From Ichthyobacteriaceae bacterium (GTDB lineage Bacteria; Bacteroidota; Bacteroidia; Flavobacteriales; Ichthyobacteriaceae), in the NCBI GenBank assembly GCA_965226285.1, contig CBDDCQ010000001.1:119916-183915 (forward strand): a stretch of 64,000 nucleotides of DNA. The letters run 5' to 3'. The notes below the pieces were generated by a model, which ran no database searches, had not been told where the DNA came from, and worked only from the letters and a program-made list of their open reading frames with translations. Of this stretch, positions 38,232 to 48,391 are shown in pieces (the first letter of the stretch is position 1; every line of letters begins with the position of its first letter). Made by a program: the position numbers and the translations under genes.

Positions 38232-41200
38232 TCATACTTATGCACATTTTTGTGAGGGTTGTTTACTTTTACAATTTTTCCTAATTGGTTTATCCGTACC
38301 TTTATTGCTTTATTTAAAAGATGTTTATCTTTGTTTTTTGTATTAGGCAGGCTCTGAATTCTATACTTACAAATTCTTTCTAAATCTCTATTTACAGTAG
38401 TTTCTAAATGGTTTCTAAACCTGTAATCGTTAGAACTAATACTTTGCACTCTAAATAAATGTCTGCTGATTTCTTGAAAATTATTAGGATCCGTAAAGTC
38501 AATATCTTGAGGATTAAATTCATCGCTACCAAATATAAAATAGTCATTAATGAGCCATACTAAATAAAAACTTCCAATCCTTATCCCGATTTTTTATTTT
38601 ATCAATAATAGGTAACCCTTGTTTTTTTCTTTCTACAGCTTCCCAAAAACTTACTACGTCTTCTTGCCAATTTCCTTTTTCATCTTCATAAATTGCTATA
38701 TGGTGATTATTACCTGTTTGTACAAAGTCAGTATGAGTAATTTCTCCTTTGGTATTTTTCCTTTCGATAGACTCGGCAGATGTAATTCCTGTTATAGAAA
38801 CTCTTTTAATTTGAATATTTTTTTCTTCGTTTAGGTAAATAGGGTTTTCTTCTAAGTTAGAGAGTGCTTTTTTCTTATCTCCATTGTATTGTTTAATTCT
38901 ATTTTGGAGGATTTTTTGGATGCCCTCATCTACTATTTTTTCAATATTAAGTTTTGGGTTAACTTCTTTTCTAATGGTATAGATTTCTTTAGAAGTTACT
39001 AATTTTTCAGGAAGTTTCTTACCATCATCATCGAGAATACGATTTTTAGTAAGGTTCTTTTTAGAAAAGGCTTTTTTAGGTTCATTATTAAATTCTTGTA
39101 ATCTCTTTTTAAGGGCATTTTTATGCTTAACGTTGGCTATAGAATTTATTTTATCTAAATTGAGTTTATCATCTATTTTTAGTTTTTTAAAAATTACTAA
39201 TTTTTCAGGAAGTTTCTTACCATTACCATCGAGGATAGGATTTTTAGTAAGGTTATCTTCAGAAAAGGCTTTTTTAGGTTCATTATTAAATTCTTGTAAT
39301 CTCTTTTTAAGGGCATTTTTATGTTTATCGTTGGTTATAGAATTTATTTTATCTAAATTGAGTTTATCATCTATTTTTAGTTTTTTAGTTTCATATTGTT
39401 TTATTTTTCCATATAAAGTTTCTTCGTGTAAGGGACCTCTTGGAGTCAATACTACTTGTTTCTTAAACGTATTTTTACCAAACTCATCTTTACATTTAAT
39501 TTTATTAGTATTTCTGGTTACTGTTTTATTTTTAGCTTTAAATGATATTAAAATTTTTTCTAAAAATAATTTAGCTTCTCTTCTAAAATTTGGGATGGGC
39601 TTCTTAAATATTAGTTTCTTTTTTTTAGTGTCCCAGTAAAGTTCTTTTTGTTGTATACCATAGATGATACTATTTTTGTCACTTTTGGCATTCAAATTAT
39701 TTAAGTATTGTATATAACTATGTTTTGTAAATGCTACAGTGAGTGCGTCCATAGCATGGTGTCTGTGGTCGTTTCGTTTTGTCCAGTCTTTTATTTTGTA
39801 AAGAGTATCTCCATGTTTTCCTTTTTCAGTATAAGTAAGTCCTAACCTTTCATACTTGTCAAAATTAATTTCTCTCATAATATCTTCCAATCCCCAGTCT
39901 TTTCTTAATCTATTAGTAACTTTTCCAGTAGTTGTATGCACTATTTTACAAATATCACCTAATATTTGAGTAGTTTTTTTAGCTATATATTGTGAATTTC
40001 TTAAGTCTCGTTCTAAAAAATCTTTAGGTATTTCAGAAGATTCCCTTAGCAAGTTCTCTTTTTTGGTTTCACTTATCAACTCTTTTTTATAAAATTCTTC
40101 AACCCTATTTAAATACTCTTTAAACTCTGTTTCATTGTATTTATCTTTGAGAAAATCATGGGCAGTTTGGTTACTTTTATCTTGGTTTAATTTGCTTTCA
40201 CAGAGTGTTTTGTTAGAAAAAGAATCATCAAACAATTTTGACTTAGGTATAATATGTTCAATATGGTATTTATTGGTAAATAGATCGCATCGTTTTATGA
40301 GTTTTCCTGTATAAATGGATATTCCTTTAGTCTCTTCCCAAAGTTTATCACGAATCTCATCATTTCTTGTAACCCTTTCAATCTTATATTCACTTTGTAA
40401 TTTTTTTCTTATTTCTTCGTTTTTGTTAGTAGCATCTTTAATATGCTGGGTCGTTTTTTCCCTTTCTTCTTTACTCTGTTTAAGTTCTCTCGCAAGTTCT
40501 ACTCTTATTTCATCGGGCTTTCCGTATGTTTTTATAATTTCGTTTACAGTGTTGATAGTTTGATTTAAGATTTTTTCTACTACGGGGTTTCTAAGCGCAT
40601 TCTTGCGTAGTAAATCTAAAGTGTCTTTTGTAGGTTTATTTTCTATTTGTTTTTTATTGAGCGCGTGAGAGTGATTGTATCCTGCTAATTCACATGCCTT
40701 ACTGTATGGGTGTCCCTCTTTTAGATGAGGTAAAATTTTTCTAATAGCTCTAGCACTAAGCTTTCCATAATCAGACTCTAACCTTATTATTTGAGCGAGT
40801 ATTTTACCATGAGGTTTTTTAAATCCAAATTTTTCGTGAAGTTTTTGGACTAACGTTTCATCGTTTTCAACAGAATAAATGAGATGCCATAATTGAAAAT
40901 AAGGTTGTTTATCAAAATCATTCCCCGCTAAGTTACTATCAAAGTTTAAAACATCAGTATTAATATCTAAACTTTTAAATACAGTGTTTATTTCTGTTCT
41001 AATCTCAGCAGCACGCCTTTTAGAAAAATCCAATTCCCATTCTCCTTTTTTTAAAATATAAAAATCAAACTCATGGTCTTCTTCTTTTAAAATAGCTTGA
41101 AAAGCATGACATAATGAATGATTTGTACGGTTTCCTTCTAAGCCTTTATCTTTATCTTTAAGTTTCAATTCCCAATCTTTTGGGTTGTATCCTAAAATTT

Positions 41201-42704
41201 TGAATATCTCTTTTTTAGAAAGACGGGATTTTAAATTAGCATGTTCAAAGAGATCTTGTTTACGTTCCAAATCTAATTTTAGTTCGCTTTTATCTTTAAC
41301 ATTAGTAAAGGTAAGATCATTAATATTTTGCCAAATTCTAAATTCTTGAAATAGAGGAGAAGATTTGGGACATGCTTTATGGTGCTTTTCAAATTCACAA
41401 GATGAAATAAGATGCTTACAAGATTTTAAAGGTCTTTGATAAAAAATGATAGTATCTTTAATTTCTTTTTCTAATTTAGAATCTAGTTCATGATAGTGTT
41501 TCTTCTGTTCTTGCCAAATGGCATCGAATTCCTTGATATAATCTTTTCGGTAGAATACTTGATTTCTTAGATTGGTATGTGGATTGCGTTCTATTTGTTC
41601 ATATAAGTATTGCCCTACAGTTTTATCCTCAAGATGCAATTTTTTACTTCTATCACTGATGACACCTAAGTGTTTACTAACTTTATTGATTTGGTTATTA
41701 ATTTCTATTAAAATGTAAGCTACTTGTGTAATGTCAAGTTGTCTGTTTAAAGCATCTGCACGGTAAGTGTACTGTTGCAATTGTTTTTCATCACTTTTTC
41801 CTTTGGGTTCTGCAATATATTTTGTAGGTAAAACAACGTTTAGCTTGCTGTTAAAGAATTTTTCTATTTCCTCTAGTTTTATTTTTGGATTCTCAAAATA
41901 AGTTTCTTTGGCTTTGGCGGTTAAAATTTGGGGGTATTTATCTTCTAATTCCTCCCATTTTTGAAGAGCGTTATTTTTAAATTCTTTTACAAAAATAGAC
42001 TTAAAAACGTTCGCAGTTTTTTTCTTATTTAATCCGTCTAATTCTTTTTTGAGTTTATCGGTCAATATATCGGGATAAAACTCTTGTTGAAAATCGAATA
42101 TACTATCAAATTCCTTTTGCAAATCAGATTTATAAAATGCAGGAACTTCGTATATTTTCTTTTCTTTTTTTCGTTCCTGTATCTTTTGTAATACATATTG
42201 TCCTACGGTTATATTTTGATCGTTTAATATTTTAGCAATTTCAATACCATCAACAGCTTGTCCTAAATCTTCAGAACTCTTTTCTTTTCTATTACTTTTA
42301 TATCCTCGTTTCTTGTTAATTAAAAGTAGTACTCTTACAAAATCTACCTTAGATAATTGCTCATTGGGGGCTTTAGCACGAAGTTTTAGTAATTGATGCT
42401 TAATATTCTCTACTTGTATGTAGTCGTTATTTATAAAACCTATCTTTTTAAAGGTATTTATAATACGTTGCCTTCTTAATTTGTAACGGAAATTACTTCT
42501 TCTTGCACCTCTTTTTAAAGTTCTGTCAGCATTGGTGGTAATGCTCTTGCCTTTTTCAACGTTATCCTTTTCATCAGTAGTAAGAGGCACCACTCTCACA
42601 CCACAATCAATAATTTTAGAATTTTCTTCATTTTCATCTTCTTGCACCAAAGCCCAACCGATACTATTTGTTCCCAAATCTAATCCAAGTATTTTTTTAT
42701 GCAT
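38228..42704 (-). pseudogene. cas9: Second cas9 paralog (cas9-2), frame-shifted near the 3' end
   Basis: The 1385-aa ORF (38547-42704) is collinear with cas9-1. The remaining 106 codons of the C-terminal domain continue in another frame (38228-38548). RuvC and HNH motifs are present (ILGLDLGTNSIGWALV, YHIEHIIP, HHAMDALTVAF). Confidence 0.85.
38996..39391. repeat. In-frame 198-bp tandem duplication inside cas9-2
   Basis: 38996-39193 and 39194-39391 are near-identical. They encode two copies of KLKIDDKLNLDKINSI.N.KHKNALKKRLQEFNNEPKKAFS..NLTKN.ILD..GKKLPEKLV. cas9-1 has one copy. Confidence 0.9.
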
Positions 42705-42731
42705 ACGATATAAGAGTTATTAGTTAAAATA

Positions 42732-42825
42732 ATAAAAAAGCGACAAACGCCATTTGCCTGACATTTGCCGCTTTAAAATGTTTTCACAACGGAATAATCC
42801 TTATTGTGAATTGCTTCAAAATATT
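42732..42825 (-). ncRNA. tracrRNA copy C (upstream of cas9-2)
   Basis: The anti-repeat ATTGTGAATTGCTTCAAAAT (plus sense) is identical over 20 nt and diverges after that. The terminator stem carries an insertion (GCGGCAAAUGUCAGGCAAAUGGCGUUUGUCGC plus U6). A -7 box lies at 42830-42837. Confidence 0.75.
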
Positions 42826-43085
42826 AATGCAAATATAGATTTATTTTTTCTTTTTTCGTGTTTTTTTATTTTTTTTTTAGCCAGTTGTATCATTTCTGTG
42901 CAGTGTTGAGCTTGGCAACATTGCAAAAAAAGCCTGTAAGTCAATGTTTACGGGCGATCATAGTATTTTTAGAATATTTTATCTTTCGTATCTCTCATGC
43001 AAGTTCTATTTAAAAATGAAACAGTTGAGAGGGTAATTTTAGAAACTATGCTCATGTATTCGTTTTATATTTCAGAAGTATTATT

Positions 43086-43093
43086 TATCTTTG
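43086..43093 (+). promoter_or_regulatory. Candidate -7 box for the cyoE/cox operon
   Basis: TAtcTTTG lies 42 nt upstream of ATG 43135. Confidence 0.35.
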
Positions 43094-43134
43094 CCACTTG
43101 AAAAAATTAAAGATATTCTTTTTATTCTGATGAT

Positions 43135-44040
43135 ATGAAATGCAAAAATATAGTGAAACAGGATACATCTTTTAAAACCATGCTTTTAGATCTTAAACAA
43201 ATTACAAAATTTGGATTGACTATAAGTGTTGTATTTTCAGCTTTGATAGGTTACCTTTTGGGAATAGATACAGTAGATTGGAAACAATTATGCACACTTG
43301 TAATAGGAGGTTATTTGATGGTAGGGTCATCTAATACCTTCAATCAAGTAATAGAAAGGGATAGAGATAAGGTAATGAAACGAACTAAAAACAGACCTAT
43401 TCCCGCAGGAAGAATGTCTGTAAATACAGGACTTATGATTGGTTTTTTATGTGCTACACTTGGGCTGTATTTGCTTTATTTGATCAATGTTAAAACTTTC
43501 ACGTTGGGCTTTATTTCCATGCTTATATATGTATTGGCATATACCCCTTTGAAAACTAAAACGCCTCTTTCAGTACTTGTGGGAGCATTTCCTGGTGCTA
43601 TTCCTTTTGCATTGGGTTGGGTTGCAGCTACAGATAGATTTGATGAAGTTGGCTTATTTCTTTTTCTCTTTCAGTTTTTATGGCAATTCCCCCATTTTTG
43701 GGCAATTGCTTGGTTGCTCGATGAAGATTATAAAAAGGCAGGGTTTAAACTTTTGCCTACAGGAAAAAAAGATAATATTGCCGCTTTGCAAATATTTTTA
43801 TATACCTTGATTATGATCCCAGTATCACTGTTTCCTGCATCAGGTTTACTAAAAGGATTAAATTTATCTGGTGTTTCTGGAATATTGGTGTTTTCACTGG
43901 GCTTATATATATTGTATTATGCTATAAAAATGATTAAGGAAAAGACTAATGCTACTGCAAAAAAAATGATGCTCATGGCAGTAATATATTTGCCTTTAGT
44001 ACAATTGGTATATATTATTGATAAAGTTTTTAACAGATAA
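43135..44040 (+). CDS. cyoE: Protoheme IX farnesyltransferase (heme O synthase)
   Basis: 301 aa, a polytopic UbiA-family protein. Motifs NQVIERDRDKVMKRTKNRPIP and FLWQFPHFWAIAW. Confidence 0.93.
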   Translation: MKCKNIVKQDTSFKTMLLDLKQITKFGLTISVVFSALIGYLLGIDTVDWKQLCTLVIGGYLMVGSSNTFNQVIERDRDKVMKRTKNRPIPAGRMSVNTGLMIGFLCATLGLYLLYLINVKTFTLGFISMLIYVLAYTPLKTKTPLSVLVGAFPGAIPFALGWVAATDRFDEVGLFLFLFQFLWQFPHFWAIAWLLDEDYKKAGFKLLPTGKKDNIAALQIFLYTLIMIPVSLFPASGLLKGLNLSGVSGILVFSLGLYILYYAIKMIKEKTNATAKKMMLMAVIYLPLVQLVYIIDKVFNR

Positions 44041-44062
44041 ATACATTAAAATTTAAAAAGTT

Positions 44063-44632
44063 ATGAATACATTATCTTATGAGGAAAAACGAAAAGTAGG
44101 TAAACCTATGATATGGGTAGCTATCATAAGTATAGTAATGGCATTTGCCGGTCTTACCAGTGCTGTACTGGTACGAAGAGAATCTGAAGATTGGATACCT
44201 ATAGAATTTCCCTATATGTTTTATGTGAGTTCAGCAGTCATTCTATTGAGCAGTATCACAATAGAATTTGCTAAATTTTTTGCAAAAAGACAAGATAAGG
44301 ATAAAGCTACTAAGTTATTAGCCGTTACACTGGGATTGGGGTTGATATTTTTCTATACTCAATTTTCAGGTTTTGGAACATTGGTAGAAAATGGGGTGTT
44401 TTTCACAGGTAAAAACAGCAATATCTCAGGATCTTTTATATATGTAATTACGGTATTACACTTACTACATGTATTGGCAGGAGTAATCTCTCTAATGATA
44501 GTTTTGTACCAAAATTATAAAGGTAAATACTTGCATGGAAAAACATTGGGATTAGAAATATCATGCATATTTTGGCACTTTTTGGATATATTGTGGATAT
44601 ACCTTTTTATATTCCTTATTTTTATTCAGTAA
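44063..44632 (+). CDS. Cytochrome c oxidase subunit III family protein (short)
   Basis: 189 aa and polytopic. The C-terminal signature is FWHFLDILWIYLF. Confidence 0.8.
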   Translation: MNTLSYEEKRKVGKPMIWVAIISIVMAFAGLTSAVLVRRESEDWIPIEFPYMFYVSSAVILLSSITIEFAKFFAKRQDKDKATKLLAVTLGLGLIFFYTQFSGFGTLVENGVFFTGKNSNISGSFIYVITVLHLLHVLAGVISLMIVLYQNYKGKYLHGKTLGLEISCIFWHFLDILWIYLFIFLIFIQ

Positions 44633-44715
44633 AAATAAAATAAAAATGCTTGAGTTGAGTATTTTTCTATCGCTTTTTAACTAAATTTGCAGACTACATT
44701 TATATTGAAATTAAC

Positions 44716-45618
44716 ATGAATACAACAACAATAGAACACAAAACAGGTACTTGGGACGGAGGAAACGAACCGTTTAAAGTTAGTTATGGTAAAAAGATGA
44801 TGTGGTTCTTTATCGTTTCAGATGCACTTACATTTGCTGGTTTTTTGGCTACTTATGGTTTTATGAGGTATAGGTTTCCAGATACATGGCCCTTAGCAGA
44901 TGAGGTATTTACTCATTTCCCATTTTTAGATGGAGAATATCCTATGCTCTATGTAGCATTGATGAGTTTTATACTTATTGTTTCTTCAGTTACTATGGTG
45001 CTCGCAGTGGATGCAGGACACAAGATGCAAAAGGCAAAGGTTACCTTTTATATGTTTCTCACTATTATAGGAGGACTTATATTTTTGCTTTCTCAAGCGT
45101 GGGAATGGAACCACTTTATACATGGTTCGCATGGAGCTATGGCACTCAAAGGAGGAGGTGATGTTGTACACTTTGCCAATAGCGAAGGAGAAAAAGTAAC
45201 CTTAGCAAGTTTTGTAGGCAACCAGCCCCATGGCAAACACACCACCTATTCTGTAGAGCAAGTAAAAGAGGCTTTTGCAAAGCATCCAGAATTAAACCTA
45301 AGACTTAGTAATAGAACCCTTGTACCCCAAGCAGAAGCTATGAAATACTTTGACGGGGCTCAGATAGTACAAGGAGCAAACCTAAAACAAAATGAATATG
45401 GTAAAACATTATTCGCTGATTTGTTCTTTTTTATTACTGGGTTTCATGGATTCCATGTATTCACAGGTATTATTATTAATATTGTAATATTTATAAATAT
45501 ACTTTTGGGTACTTATGAAAAGAGAAAAAGTTATGAAATGGTAGAGAAAGTAGGACTATATTGGCATTTTGTAGATTTGGTCTGGGTTTTTGTATTTACA
45601 TTCTTCTACTTGGTATAA
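44716..45618 (+). CDS. Cytochrome c oxidase subunit III
   Basis: 300 aa. Motifs GFHGFHVFTG and YWHFVDLVWVFVF. Confidence 0.85.
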   Translation: MNTTTIEHKTGTWDGGNEPFKVSYGKKMMWFFIVSDALTFAGFLATYGFMRYRFPDTWPLADEVFTHFPFLDGEYPMLYVALMSFILIVSSVTMVLAVDAGHKMQKAKVTFYMFLTIIGGLIFLLSQAWEWNHFIHGSHGAMALKGGGDVVHFANSEGEKVTLASFVGNQPHGKHTTYSVEQVKEAFAKHPELNLRLSNRTLVPQAEAMKYFDGAQIVQGANLKQNEYGKTLFADLFFFITGFHGFHVFTGIIINIVIFINILLGTYEKRKSYEMVEKVGLYWHFVDLVWVFVFTFFYLV

Positions 45619-45646
45619 ATGATCTAATCATAAAACACTATTCAAA

Positions 45647-45970
45647 ATGGGAAATCACAATAAAGGAACAAAGTGGATTTGGATAATATTTTTAATATTA
45701 CTAATTATTACAACTATAGAAGTGATATTAGGTATCATTAAGCCAAAAGGTTTAGTGAGTACAGAATTACTTCATCTTAGCTTGCTAAATTGGTCGTTTT
45801 TGATACTTACTATACTCAAGGCTTATTATATTGTTTGGTACTTTATGCATCTAAAAGACGAGAAAAAAGGTATGAGATTAAGCGTTACGCTACCCTTATA
45901 TATTTTTATACCTTATTTGGCTTTTATCGTATTGATAGAAGCAGCTTATACCTATGATATATTGGGGTGA
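45647..45970 (+). CDS. Cytochrome c oxidase subunit IV family protein
   Basis: 107 aa with three hydrophobic helices, in the expected position after the subunit III genes. Confidence 0.65.
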   Translation: MGNHNKGTKWIWIIFLILLIITTIEVILGIIKPKGLVSTELLHLSLLNWSFLILTILKAYYIVWYFMHLKDEKKGMRLSVTLPLYIFIPYLAFIVLIEAAYTYDILG

Positions 45971-46620
45971 TGAAACATAAAAAGAAATGGGCAATATTGA
46001 TTGCTATATTATTGCTTCCTTCTTTTGTTTATTTAGGATTAACTACAGGTAAACACCATTTTGATAGATTGCCTATAGTGGATAGTCTTTTTTTAGAAAG
46101 TGATCATAATAATGCACTTGTTTTTAAAAATATTAAACAGATATTAGCAAATCGAATCAGTATTATCCACTTTCTCGGAAAGTTCAACAATGAGAGTAGA
46201 AATGTAAGTTTGAATGGACTTAAAAAATTATATGAAAAATATCATCGTTATCCTGATTTTCAAATGGTTTCTTTTATAGTGGGAAATAAAAAGGAAATTA
46301 TAGAAGAATTATCCTCTGTAAGCACTTCTTTTTCTGAAGATAAATGGCATTTTGTATCCATGATAGAAAATGAAATATTACTACTCAATGAGCAATTGAA
46401 TCTTTTTAATACATTGAATAAAAATTATTATTCACCCTATTTCTTTATCATAGATAAGGATATTCATGTAAGAGCTGGGTATCCTGAAAGTCATCCTAAT
46501 GAGCCATTTAAATATAATGGTAACGATGTATCTATGCTAAAAAAAATGGTAGATGATATACAAGTGTTATTAGCCGAATATAGCATGGAACTCAAAAAGA
46601 ATAACAAGTATAAGATGTAA
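45967..46620 (+). CDS. Hypothetical membrane-anchored protein in the cox cluster
   Basis: 217 aa with an N-terminal anchor and no CxxxC motif. It is translationally coupled on both sides through overlapping stop/start codons. Confidence 0.5.
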   Translation: MMKHKKKWAILIAILLLPSFVYLGLTTGKHHFDRLPIVDSLFLESDHNNALVFKNIKQILANRISIIHFLGKFNNESRNVSLNGLKKLYEKYHRYPDFQMVSFIVGNKKEIIEELSSVSTSFSEDKWHFVSMIENEILLLNEQLNLFNTLNKNYYSPYFFIIDKDIHVRAGYPESHPNEPFKYNGNDVSMLKKMVDDIQVLLAEYSMELKKNNKYKM

Positions 46621-47249
46621 TGAAAAAAAACTGGATTATTATATTTATATTGGGGGGATTACTTATCTTTTGGGTTGTTAAGCAGTTTGTTTACAGAGCA
46701 GAAAAAGGAAAAACAGCATTAGCAACCATACAGAGAGTCCCAAACTTTAAGTTAGTCAATCAAGATGGAAAATACATTACAAATAAGGATTATTTAGGCA
46801 AGGTATATGTAGCAGAATTCTTTTTTACCACTTGTCCTAACATTTGTAAAGATATGAATGCCAATATGTTAAAATTACAAAATCACTTTTTTGGGCATAA
46901 GAACTTTGGAATTTTATCTTTCAGCGTAAATCCCGAGTACGATACCACTGAAGTGCTCAAGGCGTATGCAAATAAATTAGGTGTAGTTTCTCCAAATTGG
47001 AATTTTCTTACTGGAGATCAAAGGTATATTTATAATTTGGCATTAAAAGGGTATTTTGTAACGGCTAAAGAAGATGAAATAGCTGAAGGTGGGTTTGTTC
47101 ATTCTGAATATTTTGTTTTGGTAGATAAAAAAGGTAATATAAGATCTAGAGTGGAAAACGGTACCCCTAAAGCAGTGTATTTTGGTACTAATCCCAAAGA
47201 AATTCAAAAATTAAAGGAAGATATAACTATATTATTAAATGAAGAGTAA
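46620..47249 (+). CDS. SCO1/SenC family copper chaperone
   Basis: Thioredoxin-fold protein with FFFTTCPNICKDM (CxxxC) and a downstream conserved His (GGFVHSEYFVLVD). Confidence 0.85.
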   Translation: MKKNWIIIFILGGLLIFWVVKQFVYRAEKGKTALATIQRVPNFKLVNQDGKYITNKDYLGKVYVAEFFFTTCPNICKDMNANMLKLQNHFFGHKNFGILSFSVNPEYDTTEVLKAYANKLGVVSPNWNFLTGDQRYIYNLALKGYFVTAKEDEIAEGGFVHSEYFVLVDKKGNIRSRVENGTPKAVYFGTNPKEIQKLKEDITILLNEE

Positions 47250-47766
47250 AGATAATATATTTGTTCCCATTATTTATGCATTGTCTATCATAATTCCCAT
47301 TGTAGTTGCACTATTGATATACCTGCCAGAAAGGTATGAACTCATAGGTGCTAAGGTAGATTCATTACCTTTTTTTCACGCTGTATTGAACGGTTCTACA
47401 GCTATATTGCTTATATTAGCATTTATACAAGTAAAGAACAAGAAATATGATGCCCACAAAAAAACGATGACAATAGCTTTTATATTCTCCTCTATATTCC
47501 TTGTATCTTATGTGGTTTCAAAATTAGAGCACTCTCCTACACCTTATGGAGGCGAAGGGTTGATACGGTATTTGTATTTCTTTATTCTTATTACTCATAT
47601 AGTATTTGCCATATTTATCGTTCCCTTAGCTTTGTTTTCTTTTTATAGAGGGCTTACCCATAATTTAGAAAAGCATAAAAAAATATCCCGATGGACACTT
47701 CCTATATGGCTTTATGTAGCCGTTACAGGGGTATTAGTGTATGTATTTATGATGCCTTATTATTAA
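47239..47766 (+). CDS. DUF420 family membrane protein
   Basis: 175 aa with about 4 helices. It occupies the usual position next to SCO in Bacteroidetes oxidase clusters. Confidence 0.7.
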   Translation: MKSKDNIFVPIIYALSIIIPIVVALLIYLPERYELIGAKVDSLPFFHAVLNGSTAILLILAFIQVKNKKYDAHKKTMTIAFIFSSIFLVSYVVSKLEHSPTPYGGEGLIRYLYFFILITHIVFAIFIVPLALFSFYRGLTHNLEKHKKISRWTLPIWLYVAVTGVLVYVFMMPYY

Positions 47767-47774
47767 AAAATAAC

Positions 47775-47996
47775 ATGAAAAAAATACTTTATTTATTTGT
47801 TCTATTCTTTTATACGGATGTAATAAAATCCCAGTGCTCTATGTGTAAAGCCGTGGTAGAAACTGGAGAAGGAAACAATATGGCTGAGGGTATCAATGGG
47901 GGAATTTTATACCTTATGGCATTTCCTTATGTACTAGTAGGTATCGCTCTATTGGTATGGTATAAAAGGTATAAGGTAGGCAAAAAACATCAATAG
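47775..47996 (+). CDS. Small membrane protein with CSMCK motif
   Basis: 73 aa, starting at ATG 47775 (MKKILYLFVLFF...). It has a signal/anchor plus one C-terminal helix. The longer ORF from 47691 overlaps the preceding gene. Confidence 0.5.
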   Translation: MKKILYLFVLFFYTDVIKSQCSMCKAVVETGEGNNMAEGINGGILYLMAFPYVLVGIALLVWYKRYKVGKKHQ

Positions 47997-48298
47997 ATAA
48001 TAAAGTTATATACTTTATCCTAAAATAGTTGCACCCGTAAAATTATCATTTAGGGAATGATAAACTTTTTATTTATATAGAATATTTTTATTGAGTTTAT
48101 TCAGTAAGAACGTTTTATTTTACAGACGTGTAAATAAGCAAATTGAGTTTAAAAAGAGTATGTTTGAACCAGTCCTAAAGTAAAAAGTAGTTTTAAAAAT
48201 GGAGCGGAAACAGCAGAGTTTACTATGAGAATTAGCAAGTTAGACAAGTTTATCTAAAAAAAATTAAGAAAAAGCTTTGCCATGTCAAAATTTTTTCT

Positions 48299-48306
48299 TA
48301 TGTTTG
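48299..48306 (+). promoter_or_regulatory. Candidate -7 box upstream of the GIY-YIG gene
   Basis: TAtgTTTG lies 86 nt upstream of ATG 48392. Confidence 0.3.
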
Positions 48307-48391
48307 TAATACATAAAATTATCAAAAAATACTATGAAAAGTAGGTAATTATAACATTTACAATTTAATAAATTATATATATTAAAAAAAT

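Noticed and set aside
43577-43810. 77-aa ORF in an alternative frame of cyoE. Similar embedded or antisense ORFs lie in recN, recG, bamA, cas9, hutH, asd and serC.
   Set aside because: All lie within strongly supported genes and have no independent support.
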